From NCBI RefSeq assembly GCF_947253225.1, contig NZ_CAMXYR010000001.1, positions 23,944 to 87,943 on the forward strand: DNA of 64,000 bases, given 5' to 3'. A program made the translations under genes and the position numbers. The stretch comes from an uncultured Anaerococcus sp. GTDB taxonomy: Bacteria > Bacillota > Clostridia > Tissierellales > Peptoniphilaceae. Shown here one piece after another: positions 30,001-39,133 of the stretch (position 1 is its first letter; the number at the start of each line of letters is the position of its first letter). Under the pieces are notes generated by a model. It searched no databases, was not told the origin of the DNA, and saw only the letters and a program-made list of their open reading frames with translations.

Positions 30001-33000
30001 CCGTAACGACCTTCCTCCATGAACCATCCTTATCTTCAGTGAAGGTTATTGTCAAGAATGAATCTGGAAGTTTGTAGCCTTTGGCTGGTTTGATTTCTTC
30101 TAAAATATAGGTTCCTGCTTCGATATTTGTAAATTCTACTCCTAGCTTTTCCTTTGACACAGCCTTGGCGAATTTACTTTTTTCATCGTATGGTTTTACT
30201 CTAATTGAGTCTAGTTCTTCTTTTGTTAAGGCCTTACCATCTGCCCCTATAGTTATTTCAGGAGCATATTCTGGTTTGCCATTATTTTTAAGGACTAGGC
30301 TTCCATTTTCATCAAGCTTAGCTTTTCTTAGGCTAAATTCTGCACCTTCGATATTTTGATAGGTGTTTTTATCCTTCTTGAAGAAGTTTAGGCTTGTTTT
30401 GTTCTTGTAGTTGGTAACTCTCGCATCGTGAATCCATTTGTATGGAGCATCTGGCCTTGCTGGGTCGGAACGACCATCATCTTTTACTTCTTCGATGTAT
30501 CTAGCAAAGTCTGGGTCTCCCTTTTTGAAGCCCTTGATAGTTTTGCCTATAAGGTCTTTCTTTTCAGCTTCGCTTATGCCAATGTTGAAATCATCAGTTT
30601 CTTTGAAGGTGTGTTCAAAGTCAAAGGTGATATCCATGTAGTTGGCATCTCTTGGTACTTTTTCTTTGTTTATTACAACCTTGAAATACCACTTCATGTC
30701 CTTGCCATTTTTATCTTTTGGAGGCCTGTAAGTTTCATCTGGCATTTTGATTTCTGTAAGCTCATAAATACCTGGGGTTAATTCTCTGAAGTAGTTATCT
30801 CCTGGTTTACCAGTAGCTTCTGATACTCCGTCAAATTTCTCGTCATAGTATTTTGGGTAGCCCTTTTTGCCAGTATCTGTGTAGGTTCCATCATCATTTT
30901 TCTTGTAGATATTTACCTTTTCACCATTTATTAGCTTACGAGCCTTAAATTGTGAACCCGTTAGGGCTGCCTTGTTTTCATTGACCTTAGTAATTCTTAG
31001 AGGAATTCTAAAACCAGTTTCGTCGTGGTTGAAGATTTCTATTAGGTTACCGTTTGAGATTGTAACTTTCAATAGATGATTTCCGCCCTCTGTTTCTTTG
31101 GCTTGGGTCATATCAAGATCGATTATTGTTGTAGTATCTGTACCCCATAAACTAGCATTTGCTTCATATCTTGTATATTCAAGTCTGTAAGTTCTTGCTG
31201 GGTCAAGATTTGGGAAGGTTAGTTCTCCCTTATATGGAGCTTTTTGCGTTGGTCCAACTTGACTCCATCCTGCTATAGTTCTTAAAACTTGCTGGTCTTT
31301 AACTAAGAGTTTGATTTCTCCAGCAAAGCCTTCTGGAGGATTGCTGTCATCTTTGCCATCCTTTTGGTTAGAGTAGGTGAAGATAGTCTTTAGATCTACA
31401 TTACCTGCTGGTTGAGGATTGGTATTTTCTTCTACAAAGTTTGCACTAACTATTATATTATGAGCTGGCATCTTGAAGGTATAGGAATTGCCACTTGGAC
31501 TTACTTCATTACCATCAACAATTAGCTTGTCTAGTTTTTTACCTGTATCTGGATAGATAGTTAAGGTTACTTGATCATTTTCCTTTATATATTCTGCCTT
31601 ACTAGCAACAAGCCTACCACCTACTGGTTGGTTTATTGTTATAGAATAGCTAGGTGTTTGAGGCTTTTGTACAAATTTTGCATAAACTTCAACATCTCCT
31701 GCTGGCATTTTGAACTTATACCTATTACTATAATTAGTATAGGCTACTAGCTCATTGGTGGCTAGGTTTCTTATCTCAAGTTTGTCTATACCATAACCAT
31801 TTTCCTTGTGTGTTTTAAAGTATACGTCTTCACCTTCAGAAAATTCTTTATTCGTATCTTCAAAAGTTACACTTCCAAATCCTTCTACCCTCTTTTTAAC
31901 CTTGTAAGTCTTTGGCTCTTGGTTAATTTTCTTGGTTACCATTGACCTAGTGTCAAGGTTTATTCCAGTGTCTGTAGGATTTTTCTTATAGGTCATCCAC
32001 TTATGGATTTGATAAGCAGTGTTATTTGTTGCATTAGCATCCAAGATTACTTTGTAGGTAAGGTCGAGACTTTCTCCAACACCAAGATTAATGTCTTTGT
32101 CTATGGAATCTGTAATTTGCCTTGAACTGTCAAGCTCATTTCCATCCTTGCTTATAGAGTAGGACTTGATTTTGACCCCGTTACTAGTGGCTATGCTTAG
32201 CTTTCCGTCTTTAAGCAAAGATTCTTCTTTGCCTTGGGATGTGAAGTTTGAGTCAGTATTTAATATCCCATCCAACAAATCTTTTTGGACATAAGGAGCA
32301 AAGTCTCTTGCTTTTTTGTAGGATTTGTTGGCTAGCACTTGCTTTAGGGTTTGACCAAAGAAATTATAGGCTGAATTTTTAGCAATTTCACCCTTATACT
32401 CTTGGGCTTTTGGACTTAATTCTGTTGTATCTTGGTCAACATGAGTAAGTACAGGCGTATAACCTCTATCTTTTAATGCTTTAATTGCTTCAATTTGATA
32501 AAAAGGTCCTCTCAATTCCCCAGTTCTTTTGACCTCTTTTGACTTAAAACTTGCAAAGTTTATAAGGTATTTATTGTCATAGGTATCGCTTGTTAGCTTG
32601 GCTAAATTTTCATTTATTAGCTTTAGCAATCTATCGCCACCGTCTAGGATACCGACTCTTTTATCAACTCCAACTTTTTCCAAATAATCCTTTACTCCAA
32701 CCTCTTGGTCAATTATATTAAATTGACCTTCAAATTGACCAGGTTCTAATATACCCATCTTGTATGAGTAATCCCTTGCATTATCTAGGTCTTTGATATT
32801 CGTCTTTTCGAGTAATACTTTATTGAATTTTGGATTATTTCCAGAATATTCAATTATGGATAGGTATACTTCTGCTCCATCTGTGTTAGCCTTAGCTCTT
32901 AGATCTGTGATAAACTTATTAATGTTGTTGTCAAGGTTATTTAATTTATTTGAATAATCTTGTGATCTATCAACTAGGAGGATCCAGTGAGATTTATTTT

Positions 33001-36000
33001 TGCCTACTTTTTTTGTTTTCGGAGTTATCCTAACCCTAATATCACGAGATCCATCTGTGGTATCAACGCCACTTGCCCTTACTGTGATGTTTGCATTTTC
33101 AGAATCGATATTGTATGGTTGGATTTCTTCTAGTCCAGGGTCAGTTGGTGCTTGCATTATCCTATCAACTTGTATAGGTGCTGATATATCAAGACCCACA
33201 CTCCTATATCTTAGGCTTTGGGCTGAGTAGTCCACTTGCCTAGGTTTGTTAGAGGTCTTTGGGTTGTCTCTGTATTTTTTGACAGTTCCATTTCTTTCTA
33301 CTACGATGTACCATCTACCAGGATCTTTTTCATAACCTGCAGGTCCTCTATATTCTTCGAGGACGTAGTTGCCTGGTTTTAGCTGATCGAAGGTTACTAT
33401 ACCTTGGTTAGGAGCTTCATCGGCAATCTCTTTAGGACTTTTGCCTGTTTGACCGCCCTTGCCATCTTCTTTGGTTATTGGAACTCCAGGTGTAACCTTT
33501 TGGACGTATTCTTTTGGATATTTTCCATTCATTAATATCTCAAAGTTATCATCAGCAGTGTAGAGTCTAAAGTAGGCACGTCTTAAGCCTACCCTTATAG
33601 GATTGCCATTTTCATCTGTAAAGCCTATTGCGTTACCTACTTTTTTGATAGAGAACTTTCCTAATTTTTCTTTTTCTGGGAAGTCTACTACTCCCTCAAA
33701 TACTGAATGGAAGTCGGTTTTGGCGTTGGTGTTAGGGTCTCTTACGATTACCTTCATCTTGCCTTCGTTAGCTATTGCCTCAGCCTCGACCTTTAGGAGG
33801 ATATCGTCAGCTTTTTGGTAGTCCTTTGGTGGATTGGTTTCTCTTAGGATATAGTAACCACCAAACTCCAAACCCTTGAGGTGGAAGATTCCATTTTCGT
33901 CTTGGATAATTGGGGTTTTGTTTAATGGGATGAAGTCTCCATTAGCATCCTTATCTCCAATAATTGCCCCATAGAAGTCTGACTTGTATATGTTGAAACT
34001 TACTGGTTGTTTGTTTTTTCCTTCTAGCTTATTGGTAACTTCATTAGCTTCTACTTTATGTTTGCCATCTTGCTCTATTATTTTTCCCTTGTACTTTTTG
34101 AAAGTAATGTCTATGGTTCTTGATTCATTGGCTATTTGATAGGCTTTTACCTTGCCCTTAGCACTTATAAGTTCAGATATATCTATTTTTTTTAGGTCAG
34201 TTGAATTGAAAATCTTATCTTGGTTTTCGCCTGCTCCTGCCTTTGGAACTTCATAGAGCTTGTAAGAAAGTTCTCCCTTATTTGTTCCTTCTTTATTTTC
34301 ACTAACTACAAGTTTCCAGCCATATAGGTCGGTTTTCTTGTAGCCTTTTGGGGCTTCCAGCTCTTCTAGCAAGTATTCACCTGCTTTTAGGCCCTTGAAG
34401 GTTATATATCCTCCTCCCTCAGCTTGTTGACCATCAACCTTTTTTCTTGGAGGTTCGGTTTTTGTAGTATTGTCGGTGTAGGCTTCTTCTAGGTAGAAAT
34501 CACCATCAACTGTCTTTAGAGACATCAACCTAAATTTTGCATCTCCAAGACCAAGATGTTCCTTGCTTGTCTCAAGGTTTTCTGTTCTAACTTTTCTAAA
34601 TTTGATATCTATCTTTTTGGTATAGTTCCTAATTATAGGAAGGTCTACAACTTTTCCATCCCTTGTAGCCTTCAGCGTTTCAAGTTTTTTGCCAACAAAA
34701 TTTACTTCAACCTTTTTCTTTCCTGAAATATTAGTTTGCTCAGCGGAAAGGAGGTAGCTAGGAGATTTTTCATAGCCATATGGGACTTTTGTTTCCTCTA
34801 GGACATAATAGCCTACAGGAATTTGTTCAAATTTGAATTCTCCAATAGTTCCCTTAGATGTCTGGTCGTATTTACTATCAAAGTCCGTATCATTTAGCTT
34901 ATCTATGTTAATTTTAGCCTTATCTACACTTGAATCTTTTAGTTTTCTTAGCCTAAATTCTGCTCCATCAAGGTTTATGAACTTATTTTTCTTGATAAAT
35001 TCTAACTTACCAAGGTTATCTTCGATATTTGTTACTGAAACTCTTATTTTATTTCCATCAAGCTTAACAAGCTCACTTCCATCAACTGATTTAGGAATCT
35101 TATCACCAAGGACAACTTCTGTCTTAAATCCGTCATTAACATGGATGCTAGGAAGTTTTTTTGCCTTGTAAGGGCCATCATCAGGATATATCTCAACCCT
35201 TTTGATAGTAAGGTCGAAGTCTTCTATTTTTTCATAGCCTGCTGGTTGTCCAATTTCTTGAACCTTATATCTACCTGGTCTTAGGTATAGTTTGTGGCTT
35301 TGCTTGCCATCATCTGAGGTCCATGTTTTATTTTCACCATTGTCTATATTGGTAAAACGGAATGTGGCACCCTTAAGCTTAGTTCCATCTTTTTTGAACT
35401 TATCAATTTCAATTGGTGCCATTACACGACCTGCTATTAGCTCTTGGTATTTTCCTTCTTCGGTGTGGCTGTAGAAGACCAACTTTACAGAATCTGCCTT
35501 ATCAGCATTCCAGTCGTTGCCTTTTTTATAGGAAGCTATGACTTTATTGTAAAGGTTAACCGCCATATCGTGTTGGGTTGCTTGGACTGGTGGATAGTTT
35601 TTGATTCTTGTTTCTTTATCCCTTAGCTTCCTCAAGCCTTGGTCTGTTTTCCTATCAGGATGGGAACCATTAAAGGAGCCATCCCAGCCAGTTTTTGGAT
35701 AGGTCTGTCTGATACCTGAAAGGGTATGCTCTACCTTCCACTCATCCATATTGTAGGATGATGGAGCGGTGAAATAATCATCTTCGAGTGATTTGCCATC
35801 TGTGAAGTGGTGGATTACTCTTTGAAACATTGATGATTCAATAAGCCTGTGCATCTGTTCTCCATTGTGGCTATTTGAGTAATCCTTCTTTACTTCTTCA
35901 CCATAGAAATAGATTTTTTTCATCAATTCTTCCATAGCTTGACCTTGGCTCATCCCATCGTGGTTTAAGTAAACGCCATCATAGGAGTTTCCTGCTGTCA

Positions 36001-39000
36001 AGTAGGTTCTTAGATTATAACTTCCAGATGGATTGCCTAATGATTCGTTAAGTCTGCCTATTAGGTAGTCCCCTGCCACGTCCTCGTGGATATCTAAGAA
36101 GACTCCGTTTTTGCCAGTAAATACTGGTGCATTTACTCGGTCGTTGAAACAAGATACCATATCAAAGTTCTTGTTGATACGCATGATTGGGTATGGATCT
36201 TCTGTGTATGCTAGATAGCCATTTGCGAGAGCTTGATCAGATACCTTCTCCGTGAAAAGTTCTATACGTCCTCCCTCAGTGTCATACACCTCATCGACAT
36301 TGAATTTCTTTTTATCTTTTAGGTTAACCTTGAAGTTGTAGGTATCATCCCTGGTGGCTTTTTGATTTTCATATTCATAAGAAACAAGGGTTCCTGGATA
36401 ATATTGGCCATTGGATAGAACGACGTCTCCTGCTTGTTCAGTCCTCCTATAACCACCTTCTTTTTTAGGAACAAAGTAGACTTTTTTAGGTCTTATATTT
36501 TGCTCTCTCTCACCATTGTTTATATCAAAGGTAGGCCCATCCAAGGATGTGTCTTGGTTTTCACCTCGTCTGATCAAATCTAAGGCGTACCAATCAGCCC
36601 TTCTATCAGATACTCTTTTGGCTACTAGAGTTCTTGTATTATCATAGTAGAATCTCTCGTTGGTAAACCTATCCTTTAGGCCGAGGAAGGTTGCTGGGAT
36701 GTTTGTTTCCACGAGGTTAAATGGTACTTCTGCAAATCTTCTAGCATTTTCTACTCCCTTTAGCCACTTTATTGGTGTAGGAAGTTTCTCGAACTTGTCT
36801 AAGTATTCCTGGAGAAGATTATCTATGTAGTTCTTATCAGGATTGATTCTAAAACCAATTGAATAAGTTTCGTGAACTTGGTCGGGATCAATCGGAGCTT
36901 TGACCTTGATGTATAACTTTTCTCCAAGCTCAGATTTTGCTATGCTGGAAGCTTGGCTTAGAAGTTCTCCTAATCTTGATGATTGTTTGTAGCCTGAATT
37001 AGAGTCTAAATCGCTCTTATTGCTAGAGGCCTTGTAGGAGAAGTTTTTTAGTCCTTGGTTGGATGAGGCAAAAACTGTTAAGTTTAAGTTATTAAAGGTT
37101 AGATTTTCCTTAGAATTAATCAGGTCTTTGGTATCAACTTCAATGTTCCATTCTACATAGGCTCCATCGAGGTTTGGTCCTATTAGAGAAGTTATTTCTT
37201 TTTCGTCTTTGTCCTTTAATTTTTGAGAGGTCGTCCTCCAATCTAGTTGGTAAGGGTAGGAGCCCGATTTACTCTCCCCCTTATCTTCTACAACAAATTC
37301 ACTTGTAACTGGTGATTTGGAATTTTCGCTTACTATAATCGTAGGCATAGCTTGGACTGGGTTATTCTTAGGTGCAACTTTTATATTTATAGCAATTTTC
37401 TTTTGATTACCAATATACCTTGTATCAAAAGCTAGATTTTGATCTATATCTAAATCTATACTTTCTGTAACCTTTCTTACATAGGTATACCTGATGAAGT
37501 GGTCATTGCCATTTTCCAAGTATTCAGCAGTTGCAATCAACCTATTATTCTTGTAGAGGTCCTTTATTTGTTGACCTAAATCATCTCTTAGGTAAGGGCC
37601 TAAGTGGATGTCGAAATACCAACCTGAAGGGATTGGCCAGCTAGGAGTAGCCTTTACCTTCATGGTTGTTTTAAGCTTAAACTTCTTATCGGCAAAAGGA
37701 CTAGATTCTCCTTGTCGAACTTGGAGGTTACTTGGTCTAAAGTTTTCCTTCCTATCTTTGTCTACAAGATTTTTAATCTGAGAATCATTGGCTGTCATCA
37801 ATTTTTCCTGGTCAGCCTTATTTAGCTTATATTTTTCTCCTAACCTTGTTAATAGTTTTTGGATATCTTCTAAGCTATTATTTTTATCCCTTAGGGCATT
37901 CTTCAATTCTCTGTCAGCCTTTTCTAGGTTAGTGAGGGCTTTTTTACTATTGTTGTTGGACTTATCTTCTATAGTCTTATTATTAGATTTTTTTGTTAGC
38001 TTGTTTTTATCTGCTTGTTTCTTTTGGGGTCCATCTTCATCATCATCTGATGGTTTTTCCTCTTCTTTAACGAAGCGAGGATTTCTCACACCCTTGCCAT
38101 TGACAGAATATTTTATAACCTTAGTGTTTTTCTTATCAAGCTTATTGGTATAGGTTACCTTTAAGATATATCCTTGAGGAAGGTCTAGGGTTGTTTCATC
38201 TGTATAAGGGATGGTTGTTGAGTATTCTTTTTTGAGGTCAAAGCCCTTATCACCAGCCTTAAAATAATCAAGGGTTATTTCTCCAGTGCTTGGATCTTGA
38301 TTTTCATCGATCTCAAGCCTGTAGATAAGTTCATTTTTCTTTTCATCCTTGCTTGCCTCATCCCCCTTGTCCTTGGAGATTAGGTAGTCGGTGTAAGTTA
38401 GGGTATCATCTTGGGCTTCTTCATCGCCCTTATTGTAGGTGATTTTTCTTAGAGAATCATCCTTTTCCTTGATATTTCTTAGGACTAGATTTTTAATACT
38501 TGGGTTATTTTCGTCTTCTTCTTCAACAAACTTATAGGAAATTCTTCTTAAATCCAAATTTCTCCCTTCTTGATCTAAGGATAGGTCAAAAGAATACAAC
38601 TTGTCAGTAGAAATTCCTTCCTTATGTATAGGAGCTTCTATGGTGTATTCAATAGACTTACTTGTAGGTGGAGTCTTTATTGATAGAGTATGTAAGTCTC
38701 CATCGTCCTTTCTTTCTTCTATGTAGTCAATATTTTCACTTGGCGTAGATAGATCTTTGACTTCCTTTACTATAAGCTTAGTTAAGTCCTGGTTCTTGTT
38801 TGTGGCAAGAGATAGAATTAGGTCATCGTCAGAAGAGGCTTCTTCTCTATCAAGCCTTATAGTATAAATAATACTATCCTGGCCTTCACTAAGGCTTGCC
38901 TTCTGGCTAAGAGCGTAGCTATCCTCTCCTTGGATTTTCTCATTACTTTTGTATGGGTCAGCATCGACTTTATCATTATCTTGCCTTTCGCTTTCACTTA

Positions 39001-39133
39001 GCCTAAGCATGGTAGGCATTTGTTCATCCTCGTCATTGATACCTAGAGCATAGACATTAGTCGGTATGCACATACTTATGGCAAGGATTAGCGAAAATAA
39101 CTTAACCATAAATTCTCTCAATTTATTTTTCAT
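24059..39133 (-). CDS. Giant (~5,024 aa) sortase-anchored adhesin: many SpaA/CnaB domains, putative thioester domain, VWA-like domain, 2 divergent InlB-B-type repeats, MSCRAMM-like Ig domains
   Basis: GGAGGG RBS before the ATG at 39133; signal peptide (VYA-L); repeated KxD...L.GA.F.L...G.Y.L.E..AP.GY modules; YPYTG (24161-24175) plus TM and KKRQKK. Confidence 0.88.
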   Translation of the reverse strand: MKNKLREFMVKLFSLILAISMCIPTNVYALGINDEDEQMPTMLRLSESERQDNDKVDADPYKSNEKIQGEDSYALSQKASLSEGQDSIIYTIRLDREEASSDDDLILSLATNKNQDLTKLIVKEVKDLSTPSENIDYIEERKDDGDLHTLSIKTPPTSKSIEYTIEAPIHKEGISTDKLYSFDLSLDQEGRNLDLRRISYKFVEEEDENNPSIKNLVLRNIKEKDDSLRKITYNKGDEEAQDDTLTYTDYLISKDKGDEASKDEKKNELIYRLEIDENQDPSTGEITLDYFKAGDKGFDLKKEYSTTIPYTDETTLDLPQGYILKVTYTNKLDKKNTKVIKYSVNGKGVRNPRFVKEEEKPSDDDEDGPQKKQADKNKLTKKSNNKTIEDKSNNNSKKALTNLEKADRELKNALRDKNNSLEDIQKLLTRLGEKYKLNKADQEKLMTANDSQIKNLVDKDRKENFRPSNLQVRQGESSPFADKKFKLKTTMKVKATPSWPIPSGWYFDIHLGPYLRDDLGQQIKDLYKNNRLIATAEYLENGNDHFIRYTYVRKVTESIDLDIDQNLAFDTRYIGNQKKIAINIKVAPKNNPVQAMPTIIVSENSKSPVTSEFVVEDKGESKSGSYPYQLDWRTTSQKLKDKDEKEITSLIGPNLDGAYVEWNIEVDTKDLINSKENLTFNNLNLTVFASSNQGLKNFSYKASSNKSDLDSNSGYKQSSRLGELLSQASSIAKSELGEKLYIKVKAPIDPDQVHETYSIGFRINPDKNYIDNLLQEYLDKFEKLPTPIKWLKGVENARRFAEVPFNLVETNIPATFLGLKDRFTNERFYYDNTRTLVAKRVSDRRADWYALDLIRRGENQDTSLDGPTFDINNGEREQNIRPKKVYFVPKKEGGYRRTEQAGDVVLSNGQYYPGTLVSYEYENQKATRDDTYNFKVNLKDKKKFNVDEVYDTEGGRIELFTEKVSDQALANGYLAYTEDPYPIMRINKNFDMVSCFNDRVNAPVFTGKNGVFLDIHEDVAGDYLIGRLNESLGNPSGSYNLRTYLTAGNSYDGVYLNHDGMSQGQAMEELMKKIYFYGEEVKKDYSNSHNGEQMHRLIESSMFQRVIHHFTDGKSLEDDYFTAPSSYNMDEWKVEHTLSGIRQTYPKTGWDGSFNGSHPDRKTDQGLRKLRDKETRIKNYPPVQATQHDMAVNLYNKVIASYKKGNDWNADKADSVKLVFYSHTEEGKYQELIAGRVMAPIEIDKFKKDGTKLKGATFRFTNIDNGENKTWTSDDGKQSHKLYLRPGRYKVQEIGQPAGYEKIEDFDLTIKRVEIYPDDGPYKAKKLPSIHVNDGFKTEVVLGDKIPKSVDGSELVKLDGNKIRVSVTNIEDNLGKLEFIKKNKFINLDGAEFRLRKLKDSSVDKAKINIDKLNDTDFDSKYDQTSKGTIGEFKFEQIPVGYYVLEETKVPYGYEKSPSYLLSAEQTNISGKKKVEVNFVGKKLETLKATRDGKVVDLPIIRNYTKKIDIKFRKVRTENLETSKEHLGLGDAKFRLMSLKTVDGDFYLEEAYTDNTTKTEPPRKKVDGQQAEGGGYITFKGLKAGEYLLEELEAPKGYKKTDLYGWKLVVSENKEGTNKGELSYKLYEVPKAGAGENQDKIFNSTDLKKIDISELISAKGKVKAYQIANESRTIDITFKKYKGKIIEQDGKHKVEANEVTNKLEGKNKQPVSFNIYKSDFYGAIIGDKDANGDFIPLNKTPIIQDENGIFHLKGLEFGGYYILRETNPPKDYQKADDILLKVEAEAIANEGKMKVIVRDPNTNAKTDFHSVFEGVVDFPEKEKLGKFSIKKVGNAIGFTDENGNPIRVGLRRAYFRLYTADDNFEILMNGKYPKEYVQKVTPGVPITKEDGKGGQTGKSPKEIADEAPNQGIVTFDQLKPGNYVLEEYRGPAGYEKDPGRWYIVVERNGTVKKYRDNPKTSNKPRQVDYSAQSLRYRSVGLDISAPIQVDRIMQAPTDPGLEEIQPYNIDSENANITVRASGVDTTDGSRDIRVRITPKTKKVGKNKSHWILLVDRSQDYSNKLNNLDNNINKFITDLRAKANTDGAEVYLSIIEYSGNNPKFNKVLLEKTNIKDLDNARDYSYKMGILEPGQFEGQFNIIDQEVGVKDYLEKVGVDKRVGILDGGDRLLKLINENLAKLTSDTYDNKYLINFASFKSKEVKRTGELRGPFYQIEAIKALKDRGYTPVLTHVDQDTTELSPKAQEYKGEIAKNSAYNFFGQTLKQVLANKSYKKARDFAPYVQKDLLDGILNTDSNFTSQGKEESLLKDGKLSIATSNGVKIKSYSISKDGNELDSSRQITDSIDKDINLGVGESLDLTYKVILDANATNNTAYQIHKWMTYKKNPTDTGINLDTRSMVTKKINQEPKTYKVKKRVEGFGSVTFEDTNKEFSEGEDVYFKTHKENGYGIDKLEIRNLATNELVAYTNYSNRYKFKMPAGDVEVYAKFVQKPQTPSYSITINQPVGGRLVASKAEYIKENDQVTLTIYPDTGKKLDKLIVDGNEVSPSGNSYTFKMPAHNIIVSANFVEENTNPQPAGNVDLKTIFTYSNQKDGKDDSNPPEGFAGEIKLLVKDQQVLRTIAGWSQVGPTQKAPYKGELTFPNLDPARTYRLEYTRYEANASLWGTDTTTIIDLDMTQAKETEGGNHLLKVTISNGNLIEIFNHDETGFRIPLRITKVNENKAALTGSQFKARKLINGEKVNIYKKNDDGTYTDTGKKGYPKYYDEKFDGVSEATGKPGDNYFRELTPGIYELTEIKMPDETYRPPKDKNGKDMKWYFKVVINKEKVPRDANYMDITFDFEHTFKETDDFNIGISEAEKKDLIGKTIKGFKKGDPDFARYIEEVKDDGRSDPARPDAPYKWIHDARVTNYKNKTSLNFFKKDKNTYQNIEGAEFSLRKAKLDENGSLVLKNNGKPEYAPEITIGADGKALTKEELDSIRVKPYDEKSKFAKAVSKEKLGVEFTNIEAGTYILEEIKPAKGYKLPDSFLTITFTEDKDGSWRKVVTGYEKNSEGKYQKMDEPNDFFTRNALGKFVSINNEKSYIDLKFQKIEGAKKNGKEVPVSSSDFRLTEVDEKGKKLEGGYDKTIYSYANSHFEFKYLAVGRYKLQEIRAIDKFEKPDPWFFKVVQDEKTHKLRIEFDKTNGDFDKSLGFKTKANGEPAYDEDGNLQDLKIRNYSKTNFSFIKLKDEKDKNGNKLPLKDAYFRLKKVRYSMAEGAKTYEYYGEDKNAVLKKYTNGNRITEFTETGRVSTFTNNGKVYKYDSDGNLETVDGQKPSEEDKKVRPDSITSATGKYSALRRSQSDGSVDFQNLGEGIYQLEEVGIPEGYQSDNKQFKWIFEVKKTADGLKVDHDPKIEKEYFQNYGKDYYPTYTNNKFDTKQNIEKVEGDNKYSYKITNTKTTTNLKWKKIGSRSTSDLIKKDTKFILLKTSNKPEDIDSAKSGQSEFPPYQVESSDGSFEIKDLSKGVYVLIETQAPEGYEDSDRKIAIKVYEDKDGAIKKQFYEIDSQNNLLTSAADFQTLLNRNPSKPEVHTDTDGSIYVINKSKPYFFYLSKGFMDKNKFTYINKGKLRIKISKDPADTSNTDDTVYEQIIDLSDAKSYRIDLNNTIQLGKDYLLEEVEAPDGFAKTKYKYRLSFAFIPPDQKFVAILKAVLDEKGKPLTDARGNITESNQYLGKGANIGDGFEFRIINNKTEIKFKKVGLDGKNETPLKNIAFYLEKQDPDDIQTTNQGYYPLTSNMEMIKPERSPQGKTTYYYISKETGKKVTSGVSPENSRKTYTSDEDGQFEITNLTDGYYRIIEPKAPEYEPGKRYMQVQGPIKRFRVVQGRIRIFDKGKDGKIVEKEVDENNISTLGKIVNKKPGKGEFTLTKLDEKGSPLANVKYTLHNTDSEETQVGNDQYTTNSEGKIVFKDLAYGYYWLKESKTKDGYILDSKKKLIALGGGDWGPTPAKKDDISSAITFDGKKEELTSTEDSKRTNVVYPNKAEGMLAKFNFKIDPKITIKAGDYFTINFSDNVDLDGIFKTNEDEGKNPDSRFDIIGPAGKLAEAKINTDRKSITYTFTNYVKDYKPDTMSMLVQLFPDRRKVDHTQDIEVTADIGINTDPDSRQYHYSDKIKIDYRGENEKVGYTGYQNPQVDISSYMLRLDPDGKTFTAIIYYNPWNKTLSNKNITFTTDQDIVVDDSLSVRTYKKQGPGSHPTKLFNGWQEGDLPDSYDIYEDGKSGTVRSDLKLVDKGGDKYKWYPTKTWTEIEEVNAYSPYDYYKYDYNYGKYRYYRYVSKNNSSEKITRQITIPTAYLNDRYANDSTYVIEIKGKLKGENLSSLKTTSYYANHYVYEDGAYSYAHTGSFETWSQFFNPEGLGDARKEIKLVNYKNKIEFAKVDGGVLSNVVDQTQDNPQKLKDLGLGLPLKGAVFKLQKDGADLEGSTRTSDGDGIFSWKGLTKGHYDLYEIKSPDETKYDLPTNPVSSFDVDKDGNIINIKDAKQIIENHRKAKIKIKKTDQDGLTLEGAEFTLTPTSGQKDPTDPQKNFPTKTLKTNAEGIAESDSLPEGKYELKEEKAPATYTKSDKIWQLEVKKDGKIKWLNSFDDSEDEMKKVSVSAYSNDSDKENLKAEIIGIDTKAKTFRQKITIKAKESQLEKARLLVEGRGATLTQATTKVRLVQLGANATLLAKDESTYTVETKEATLTLRITPPYRNKKEPLPLGSSGSETTQPSQLSADEERTYQFIIDMPYKDDTKIGAKLTYDVGEINQSTGHIEFGTKDIKTSLDKYTQIEKLTISKDPVAMKDYQNYYLVRDINLLTIDLANIKRPDLYLKKVDQDNENIGLAGAEFELQIKVGSAYLPIKTDGTPIGPTDTTSKRWTSSSKKDGSFEFSSIPDGEYRIYETQAPLGYVLKDRTVYKFKVDKGKIYEVDKESDKLEKRDLLVGEDKNSATNRIKIKNKKAVYPYTGGEGPWFGYSLLGTITMTLAASYLALKKRQKKEG

